A stretch of DNA of 6,249 nucleotides from Escherichia coli (GTDB lineage Bacteria; Pseudomonadota; Gammaproteobacteria; Enterobacterales; Enterobacteriaceae). The stretch is from the NCBI RefSeq assembly GCF_003334785.1, contig NZ_QOWV01000039.1; one strand, written 5' to 3'. Position 1 is the first letter of the stretch. Each line of letters starts with the position of its first letter. Positions 1 to 5,892 of the stretch are shown piece by piece. Position numbers and translations under genes: made by a program. A model generated the notes under the pieces. It was not told the DNA's origin, ran no database searches, and saw only the letters and a program-made list of their open reading frames with translations.

Positions 1-49
1 GAATGGCCCTCCAACCGTGTTGACGAACTCCTGCCATGGAACGTAGTAC

Positions 50-379
50 TCACCAATAAATAAGCGTCAATACGGTGCTCCGTTGACGCTTACAGAGAAT
101 GCGTTTGACCGCCTCGCTATATACTTCCGAGCGTTCTCTTTTCCCAACAGAAATCACGAAAACGACAACTTTCTCGTCTATAACCTGGTATACAAGGCGA
201 TAGCCTGAAGACCGGAGCTTAATCTTGTAACAATCAGGCATACCACGGAGCTTGTTTGCTTCAATCCGGGGTGACTCAAGTACTTCAACCAGCTTCTTTT
301 TCAACTGTTCACGTACCGTCGAGCCCAGCTTTCGCCATTCCTTTAGTGCCCGCTCGTCAAAATCCAGAAAATACGCCAT
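50..379 (-). CDS. relE: RelE mRNA-interferase toxin (RelE/ParE family), 109 aa; first 95 aa match E. coli RelE as recalled, followed by a 14-aa C-terminal extension
   Basis: Translation MAYFLDFDERALKEWRKLGSTV...VYSEAVKRIL is recognisably RelE; start codon shares one base with the relB stop (TGATG); the gene sits directly downstream of relB on the same strand. Confidence 0.9.
   Translation of the reverse strand: MAYFLDFDERALKEWRKLGSTVREQLKKKLVEVLESPRIEANKLRGMPDCYKIKLRSSGYRLVYQVIDEKVVVFVISVGKRERSEVYSEAVKRILCKRQRSTVLTLIYW
53..91 (-). terminator. Stem-loop (9-bp stem 62-70/83-91, inner CGG/CCG pairs) followed on the minus strand by UAUUUAUU; probable terminator or mRNA fold at the relE 3' end
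   Basis: Inverted repeat AAGCGTCAA...TTGACGCTT read directly; U-rich tract follows on the minus strand. The extended relE ORF reads through it. Confidence 0.4.
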
Positions 380-618
380 CAGAGTTCATCCAGCGTCACA
401 CGTACTGGCTTAGGATTACGAAGCCGTTCTTTCACTATCTCCACAAGTTCAGCATCTTCATCACTCAGGAGTGTCTGTTTGAACGGCAAGCGTTCATTGT
501 CAGCGATATACTCGAGCATGAGACGAAGCGCTTCAGAAGGAGTTACACCCATTTTTTCAAGCGCGGCGTAAGAACGCGCTTTAAGTTCATCGTCAATACG
601 CAGGTTAATGCTACCCAT
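379..618 (-). CDS. relB: RelB antitoxin, 79 aa
   Basis: Translation MGSINLRIDDELKARSYA...PKPVRVTLDEL matches RelB as recalled; GAGGTG Shine-Dalgarno about 6 nt upstream of the ATG; overlaps the relE start. Confidence 0.92.
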   Translation of the reverse strand: MGSINLRIDDELKARSYAALEKMGVTPSEALRLMLEYIADNERLPFKQTLLSDEDAELVEIVKERLRNPKPVRVTLDEL

Positions 619-700
619 GTCTTACACCTCTTGTAATTACAAATGTCATTACAAGTATCGCACTACAACATGCTTAGGGCAAGTCACGAAGGAAGTCAGA
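619..700 (-). promoter_or_regulatory. relBE promoter region with relO-type operator (perfect 12-bp palindrome TTGTAATTACAA at 631-642, plus partial repeat to 655)
   Basis: Palindrome read directly, immediately upstream of relB; consistent with RelB/RelE autoregulation at an operator overlapping the promoter. Exact -35/-10 positions not resolved by eye. Confidence 0.6.
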
Positions 701-948
701 AAGTAGTCGTAAGAACGGTGATCACTGTCCGCTTTGTGCCAGGAGCAGCCATTGCTAAGTCCATCCTGTATTGTGCAGGTCAGCTCGTTTTTAAAGAGTC
801 CGGCCATCATCTTACTGGTACAGACACCATATACTTTGTGACGGTCAGGCTACATATGCACAACTCAACTTATTCATCTATTTTTTGCTTTAGCATGTCA
901 GTGTTGCTTTCTCGTCGGCGGGTGAGCGGTGACCTGACCTGTCGATAA
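643..948 (+). CDS. ydfV: Hypothetical protein, 101 aa, in the position and of the size of E. coli ydfV (divergent from relB)
   Basis: ORF of the expected length between relB and flxA; no recognisable Shine-Dalgarno; the start lies inside the relO operator. Protein sequence not independently recognised. Confidence 0.35.
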   Translation: MSLQVSHYNMLRASHEGSQKVVVRTVITVRFVPGAAIAKSILYCAGQLVFKESGHHLTGTDTIYFVTVRLHMHNSTYSSIFCFSMSVLLSRRRVSGDLTCR

Positions 949-1100
949 AGGAACGTAACACGTTTTATGCAACACCCGCATGCGGCAGAAAATTATTGCC
1001 GAACGTTTACCCCTGTCAACAAGCTTTACTTTCTGAGGCGCGCCAGCCCGCGAGGAAAACAATCTGAACATCAAACAATTAATGACACAAGAAATACGAT

Positions 1101-1127
1101 TAAAGATTTTTTTGTGCATGCCGATAG
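1101..1127 (+). promoter_or_regulatory. sigma28 (FliA)-type promoter: TAAAGATT, 11-bp spacer, GCCGATAG
   Basis: Matches the sigma28 consensus TAAAGTTT-N11-GCCGATAA at 7/8 and 7/8 with the exact spacer, about 24 bp upstream of the flxA start; flxA is a known FliA-dependent gene. Confidence 0.6.
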
Positions 1128-1150
1128 TGCTTTTTTAAAAGGAGAAATCT

Positions 1151-1483
1151 ATGTCTGTCACAATTCAGGGAAATACCTCAACCGTTATTTCAAACAACTC
1201 CGCCCCGGAAGGAACATCAGAAATAGCCAAAATCACAAGACAAATTCAGGTGCTGACTGAAAAGCTTGGGAAAATCTCATCGGAAGAGGGGATGACGACA
1301 CAGCAGAAAAAAGAAATGGCTGCATTGGTACAGAAGCAAATTGAAAGCCTCTGGGCTCAACTGGAGCAGTTGTTAAGGCAGCAGGCAGAGAAAAAGAATG
1401 AAGACGCGACAGTTCAGCCTGATAAAAAAGAAGAGAAAAAAGACGATACAAATACCGCTGGCACCATTGATATTTACGTCTAA
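1151..1483 (+). CDS. flxA: FlxA-like protein (FliA-regulated), 110 aa
   Basis: AAGGAG Shine-Dalgarno about 6 nt upstream of the ATG; translation MSVTIQGNTSTVISNNSAPEG... with a Q/E/K-rich coiled-coil-like centre; gene order relB-ydfV-flxA as in the Qin prophage. Confidence 0.85.
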   Translation: MSVTIQGNTSTVISNNSAPEGTSEIAKITRQIQVLTEKLGKISSEEGMTTQQKKEMAALVQKQIESLWAQLEQLLRQQAEKKNEDATVQPDKKEEKKDDTNTAGTIDIYV

Positions 1484-1497
1484 GTGACAGCCGTATT

Positions 1498-1522
1498 GTG
1501 GCCCTCATCGGGCCACTTTTCG
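1498..1522 (+). terminator. Rho-independent terminator downstream of flxA
   Basis: GTGGCCC-tcatc-GGGCCAC hairpin followed by TTTTC, 15 bp after the flxA stop. Confidence 0.6.
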
Positions 1523-1570
1523 CCATCAGCCTTTTCTTTAAAGACATATTATCTTTGTATCATTTCTGAT

Positions 1571-3419
1571 AGTTAACATTACAAGATATAAGTAATGGAC
1601 GCACTCCCAATTAGTCTATTTAAATCGCCACGAGTTTAACTGACAACCCATGATCAATTATGAATTGCAACTATTTCTGTAGTCACTTTTGTGGGGACAG
1701 TCCACAAAACTGCCAACTTCCGCTTCTTGCTCTTAGCGGACATTAGCATAGGCTATTTACCATAACGCCTCATTACGCGCACCGCCCAGACTGACTCAGC
1801 GCGTTTCTGGCATATCCCCGGTAAAACAAGTAACAAACCACCCGAAAATGAACACCAGAAACGCGACTTAAGAATCTACCCTATGAATGGATATGCACTC
1901 AACCGAATCGATCTTGGTTTCAATCTTTTTTATCGGGATCAGGCTTCTTTTTAGGTAACTTCGGGGGCTTAACTTGCTGATGACTTTGCGTTCGGCGCGT
2001 AAGCCAGGGATGGTCAGCTTTAGGTTTAACATAGTATTTTGAGCGTAAATCAATACGGGCATTATCCACTCGTTCATGGACACTCTTTTCATCATCCAGT
2101 GGTATAGGCTCCGGGCCATCAACATACTTTTCCCAGCCCAGCGCTTTCCCGTCATACAGAACGTTAATTTCACCGTCAAAGTTCTCGCATACAGTAACAA
2201 CCGAATGCCTAAGTCGATATCCCCGGCCCTCACTGCGTACCTGAAACGCACTGCTTTTGTACTGGAAAGTGAGATTTTTAGACAGAACGCGCTTCGCCTG
2301 TAGGCTGAAGATATAACCCAGTTCCTCTTCAGAATGGTGCACATCAAGATGAGCATTATCAGTAGTACGAGGCGACGTAGCGAACCGGTTGTTATAGGCT
2401 TCAATAAAGGTCGGCAACCATGCATTTGCTGTTTCAATATCACTGATATTCTGAAGCCGCATTTCTTTGACCAGCCTGTCCTGTAGTGTCTGATTGGCGC
2501 GCTCTACCCGCCCTTTTGCCTGCGGGCTGTTGGCATGGATTGGCTCGATGCCCAGTGTCTTTATCGCACGAGTGAACTGGGTCAGCTCACCTTCCCGCTC
2601 TGGGTTATTTACCCTGAATATACTGTGTCTATCAGAGTAGAGAGCGAGCGGTACGCCATGATCATTAAGGTAACCCCGGAGGGTTTCCATGTAAGCCCGG
2701 GTTGTTTCAGCAGGCACAAAACGCAACGCCATCAACGCACTGGTGGCATCATCAATGAAAACGATCAGTGTACATCTGGGGCCTCGATTTTCAAACCAGT
2801 CATGAGGTGAGCCATCAATCTGGATCAGTTCACCGTAAGATGGTCGTCGCATGCGGCGTTGATATATACGGGCAATTTTACGACGGCGTTCACGCCATAA
2901 CCCCTCTTCTATCATCCACTTTCTGAGAGTTTCAACGGATAAAGATAAACCGTGTATCTCGCGCAATTTTTCGCACGCAAACGTAGGTCCAAAATCAGCG
3001 TAACGGCCTTTGAGGAGTGAAATTACTGTTGCTCTGAATTCAGTAGAAAAGGAATTATTAGGACGCTTTCCACGTCGGTGGGAAACCAGACCAGAAGGCC
3101 CTTCATTTCTATACCGTTGCACCAGACGTTTAACCTGCCGAATAGAAATGCCAATGCGTGCCGCAGCTTGTTCCTGAATAATCTGAAGTCGGTGGAGTTC
3201 CTTATGACTCATCGTAACAGTCTCTTTGATCATGAAAAATCCCCCAGAGAATTGTCTGGGGACATTTTAGAATGGTTCAAAGGGGACATTACAGCTTGGT
3301 GTTAACAATAGCCTGCTTCTCCGTGCCTTTCGGCACGTAAGAGGCTAACCTACATGTGTCTAGCATGAAATTGGCCTCAGATTAATGTTAAGCGTCTTGC
3401 AGGACGCGTAATGTTAACT
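1571..3419 (-). mobile_element. ISNCY-family (IS1202-group-like) insertion sequence; boundaries tentative
   Basis: Boundaries are placed at a perfect 12-bp inverted repeat (AGTTAACATTAC at 1571-1582; GTAATGTTAACT at 3408-3419) bracketing the transposase gene. No target-site duplication was found and a 12-mer match could arise by chance in 6 kb. Confidence 0.35.
1920..3233 (-). CDS. ISNCY-family DDE transposase (IS481/IS1202-like), 437 aa
   Basis: N-terminal helix-turn-helix (AARIGISIRQVKRLVQRY); integrase-type catalytic core with D in IQIDGS, D in FIDDATS and E in SPQAKGRVERANQTL; lysine/proline-rich C-terminal tail. An alternative ATG at 3212 (MSHKEL...) is in frame. Confidence 0.9.
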   Translation of the reverse strand: MIKETVTMSHKELHRLQIIQEQAAARIGISIRQVKRLVQRYRNEGPSGLVSHRRGKRPNNSFSTEFRATVISLLKGRYADFGPTFACEKLREIHGLSLSVETLRKWMIEEGLWRERRRKIARIYQRRMRRPSYGELIQIDGSPHDWFENRGPRCTLIVFIDDATSALMALRFVPAETTRAYMETLRGYLNDHGVPLALYSDRHSIFRVNNPEREGELTQFTRAIKTLGIEPIHANSPQAKGRVERANQTLQDRLVKEMRLQNISDIETANAWLPTFIEAYNNRFATSPRTTDNAHLDVHHSEEELGYIFSLQAKRVLSKNLTFQYKSSAFQVRSEGRGYRLRHSVVTVCENFDGEINVLYDGKALGWEKYVDGPEPIPLDDEKSVHERVDNARIDLRSKYYVKPKADHPWLTRRTQSHQQVKPPKLPKKKPDPDKKD

Positions 3420-3567
3420 GGGGCTTTTCTCTATCTGCCGTTGGTGTCCATGCCCGAGGCAGATAGCCTCAAGCACCCGCAGTCATTCTACTTAACTAAG
3501 ATTTCCCCGCAAACCGTTTTTGTCCAGCACAGTAAATATCCAACTAAACCAATGGAGTTCGCTGTAT

Positions 3568-3747
3568 TTACCGCCAGTATTCAATGCACATGACCGCCAT
3601 GAACACCCCTAAAAAAAGGGCATTTATATATCCAAATATTAATATCAAAACATCAACTTTTTCCATATACCTTGCTGTGAAGATGATGGGCATACATGAT
3701 GCGAACAACCAGAACGCAACAAACAAAAACTGCAATGCGTTTTTCAT
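3568..3747 (-). CDS. Small hydrophobic membrane protein, 59 aa, two predicted transmembrane helices
   Basis: Consensus AGGAGG Shine-Dalgarno 5 nt upstream of the ATG at 3747; translation MKNALQFLFVAFWLFASCMPIIFTARYMEKVDVLILIFGYINALFLGVFMAVMCIEYWR. The ORF-track version (start 3786) has no ribosome-binding site. Confidence 0.45.
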   Translation of the reverse strand: MKNALQFLFVAFWLFASCMPIIFTARYMEKVDVLILIFGYINALFLGVFMAVMCIEYWR

Positions 3748-4001
3748 TATTCCTCCTACAATCAATGTGCAATTACATTTAAACACACCTCAATTTGGCC
3801 GGACATATAAATATCTAAACCAGAAAAAATCACTTACATAGCGTTACAAACTCTTTAGTCTAAAGGTTCATCGTAAAACATTCCCCATACTTATCAGTCC
3901 GTTCCGCGCCAGGTAGCTCATTGCCTTATCTGGCAACCTGTAATCAGGTTTCCGCTTTTTCAGTTGGCTGGTCGTTTAACCGACATAGTTAATCCATTAA
4001 T

Positions 4002-4289
4002 CTAGTTGCCGGATGTTGGTGGATTTTCGCGTTTTAGTTGTTCATAAAAGTGCACAGCTTTAACCAGTTCTTCTGATGTAACTGGGACTGGTGAGGCAGT
4101 GAATAAGGCCTGAATTTGATAGTTCGGCCTGTCGTTACAATCCTCTTTTTTCGGTACATATTTCCAGTCACCAGACCACTACTTCCCCTGAAAGTCCGTA
4201 ACGCCTTTTTTCACGTAGCGATATCGCCATGCCACTGGTTTTGCTTGCCCCGCCGTTTCATGCCCTTCCTGATAATTAATCTCGCTCAT
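4002..4289 (-). pseudogene. Small prophage-like ORF (about 95 codons) interrupted by an in-frame amber codon at 4179-4181
   Basis: Reads MSEINYQEGHETAGQAKPVAWRYRYVKKGVTDFQGK-TAG-WSGDWKYVPKKEDCNDRPNYQIQ...; its ATG overlaps the TGA of the upstream ORF (ATGA). Confidence 0.25.
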
Positions 4290-4477
4290 TCATCGCCCCA
4301 CTCATCACAATATGCTTCGACCGGAGTTTTTCCCGCTTCATAGTCATCACGCTAGGATTCGACATCAGCAGCACTTCCACCGCGTAACTCACCATAGTCC
4401 ATTAATAGTTCATCCCGCTCTTCAAAACTGATGTTATATTTAGCTGAACAAAAATCAGCCACTTTGTTCTTCCTCAT
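4286..4477 (-). pseudogene. Small acidic ORF (about 63 codons) interrupted by an in-frame amber codon at 4352-4354
   Basis: Reads MRKNKVADFCSAKYNISFEERDELLMDYGELRGGSAADVES-TAG-RDDYEAGKTPVEAYCDEWGDE; an internal GTG at codon 6 is preceded by GAGGAAG; stop overlaps the next start. Confidence 0.2.
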
Positions 4478-4899
4478 CGTCTTTTATTTCGTGGTATGAG
4501 TAATTGCAGTAGTTAAAGAAAATTTCTTATGCTCCGTCATGAATTTCCTCAGGTGTTGCGTCATCGTCCACTTCGAATACATCCTCAAAATCTCCACCAG
4601 CTATTCCCGTTTCAATAATAATTTTGAACTTTCGCATTTCACTACCGCCCTTTCGGGCGGCCTCCTGATGTTCTGAGGGTGCAGAAATCCATCCGGTTAA
4701 GGATTAAATTTTATTTACAGAACTGAATTTAATTATTCAGATATACGTATCTGTAGCCTTACGAATCTACTCACTGGATGCCTCTTTCATAAAAATAATC
4801 CAGTGGGTTTTATCGTTTTTTCCCTGTTCGTTGACAGATAACAGGTTTTCTGTCTGTCAGTGCCAGAATCTGGCTTACCGGTATTTGCGTTTCATTCCA

Positions 4900-5256
4900 T
4901 TAAAAAATCAGAACGCCGTGCGGCCTCAACACCCGAAAGGCTTCTTTAAATCTCTGTCGCGAATCATCACGCCAGGCATCTTTATTCAGCCGTCCATATT
5001 TCTTTCCCATCCAGGCGTTATCACCAACACTCTCAAGATGCGGAGGGTCTAATACAACCATCGAAAAAGATGCGTCTGCAAATGATAATGCACGAAAATC
5101 TGCGATAATGTCAGGGCTGATAATCAAGCGTCTCCCATTGCGTAATGTGTATCCTTCTTTTCTGATATCGCTGAATATCGCCCGTTCGTCAGACTTATCG
5201 AACCAGAACATGCGGCTGCCACAGCACATATCAAGAATGGTTGCCGGTGCACTCAC
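4900..5256 (-). CDS. Putative SAM-dependent methyltransferase (motif I ILDMCCGS; motif IV VVLDPPH), 118 aa; probably cut short by a premature TAA
   Basis: GTG start overlapping the stop of the upstream ORF; motif I and a DPPH motif about 55 residues apart, as in small N6-adenine/N4-cytosine-type methyltransferases; after the TAA at 4900-4902 the same frame stays open 29 codons (WNETQIPVSQILALTDRKPVICQRTGKKR). Confidence 0.6.
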   Translation of the reverse strand: MSAPATILDMCCGSRMFWFDKSDERAIFSDIRKEGYTLRNGRRLIISPDIIADFRALSFADASFSMVVLDPPHLESVGDNAWMGKKYGRLNKDAWRDDSRQRFKEAFRVLRPHGVLIF

Positions 5257-5519
5257 TGCGCCACGTCCTGAAAATTACCCTGATAGAAAGCCAGTATGCG
5301 CTGCATAACTTCGCTCTTCCGGCACTCGCGACAGATTATGTTTAGGCGACTGTCGTAGCGACGTATTTCTCCGTCAGGTGATGACCAGATAAGGTCCGGA
5401 TCAACCACAGCAGGTTTCTTCACCTTTGCCCTCGAGAGTTTTTTGCGGGCGTTTTGCCAGTCCTTACGCGCCTGTTCAGAGGGGAATAACCCGTATCCGG
5501 AGCTTAAGTTGCACGCCAT
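5253..5519 (-). CDS. Hypothetical basic protein, 88 aa (contains CRECRK), coupled to the methyltransferase gene
   Basis: Stop overlaps the methyltransferase GTG start (GTGA); no clear Shine-Dalgarno; its 5' end overlaps the longest version of the opposite-strand ORF. Confidence 0.3.
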   Translation of the reverse strand: MACNLSSGYGLFPSEQARKDWQNARKKLSRAKVKKPAVVDPDLIWSSPDGEIRRYDSRLNIICRECRKSEVMQRILAFYQGNFQDVAQ

Positions 5520-5892
5520 TGGGTGGGTTAAGCATAAATGTATTCCTGGTGCTAAATGGCCCGAAATTCAGGCAGAGATGCGCATCTGGAAAAAACGTCG
5601 CGAAGGTGAACGCAAGGAAACCGGAAAATACACGTCTGTTGTTGATCTCGCCCGCGCCAGAGCCAATCAACAGTACACTGAAAATTCAACAGGAAAAATC
5701 AGCCCGGTCATTGCTGCCATTCATCGCGAATACAAGCAGACATGGAAAACACTGGATGACGAACTGGCCTACGCTCTCTGGCCTAGTGATGTGGATGCCG
5801 GAAACATTGACGGCAGCATCCATCGCTGGGCAAAAAAAGAAGTTATCGACAACGACCGCGAAGACTGGAAGCGTGAGGTGTACTGGCAATAG
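5443..5892 (+). CDS. Hypothetical protein of unknown function (149 aa from TTG 5443; alternative starts TTG 5509 with a GGAG site, or ATG 5578)
   Basis: Long open frame with mixed charged composition (…KISPVIAAIHREYKQTWKTLDDELAYALWPSDVDAGNIDGSIHRWAKKEVIDNDREDWKREVYWQ); the 3' end abuts or lies within the IS3-family terminus. Confidence 0.45.
   Translation: MRAFCQSLRACSEGNNPYPELKLHAIGWVKHKCIPGAKWPEIQAEMRIWKKRREGERKETGKYTSVVDLARARANQQYTENSTGKISPVIAAIHREYKQTWKTLDDELAYALWPSDVDAGNIDGSIHRWAKKEVIDNDREDWKREVYWQ

Noticed and set aside
1-49. hokD/relF homolog downstream of relE
   Set aside because: Only 49 bp of downstream sequence is in the window, too little to identify a Hok-family ORF.
256-636. 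126-aa plus-strand ORF across the relBE locus
   Set aside because: Antisense shadow of the well-supported relB and relE genes; no ribosome-binding site; low-complexity translation.
898-1547. ORFs 898-1119 (-), 967-1260 (+) and 1233-1547 (-)
   Set aside because: They overlap the sigma28 promoter and the flxA coding region or terminator in other frames; no translation signals; flxA explains the region.
1868-3305. ORFs 1868-2443 (-), 2076-2303 (+), 2535-2810 (+) and 3078-3305 (+) within the transposase region
   Set aside because: Alternative-frame or antisense ORFs nested in the 437-aa transposase gene; translations are low-complexity with no motifs.
3321-3337. Hairpin CGTGCC-tttc-GGCACG as a terminator
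   Set aside because: No adjacent T-run on either strand; it lies inside the putative IS upstream of the transposase gene.
3411-3841. Plus-strand ORFs 3411-3593 and 3584-3841, and the longer 3568-3786 version of the small membrane ORF
   Set aside because: The plus-strand ORFs are antisense to the better-supported membrane-protein gene and are AT-rich with no recognisable features; the 3786 start has no ribosome-binding site, whereas the ATG at 3747 has a consensus AGGAGG.
3935-3960. AACCTG-taat-CAGGTT hairpin followed by TCCGCTTTTT as a plus-strand terminator or sRNA end
   Set aside because: Stem is short and AT-rich, the T-tract is interrupted, and no plus-strand gene or promoter lies upstream.
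4645-4660. GC hairpin CCGCCC-tttc-GGGCGG as an intrinsic terminator
   Set aside because: No U-tract follows on either strand, so it was treated as a structural or regulatory hairpin instead.
4116-5052. Plus-strand ORFs 4116-4343 and 4831-5052 (both TTG starts)
   Set aside because: Antisense to the minus-strand ORF series and to the methyltransferase frame; no Shine-Dalgarno; translations rich in F/P/R typical of non-coding frames.
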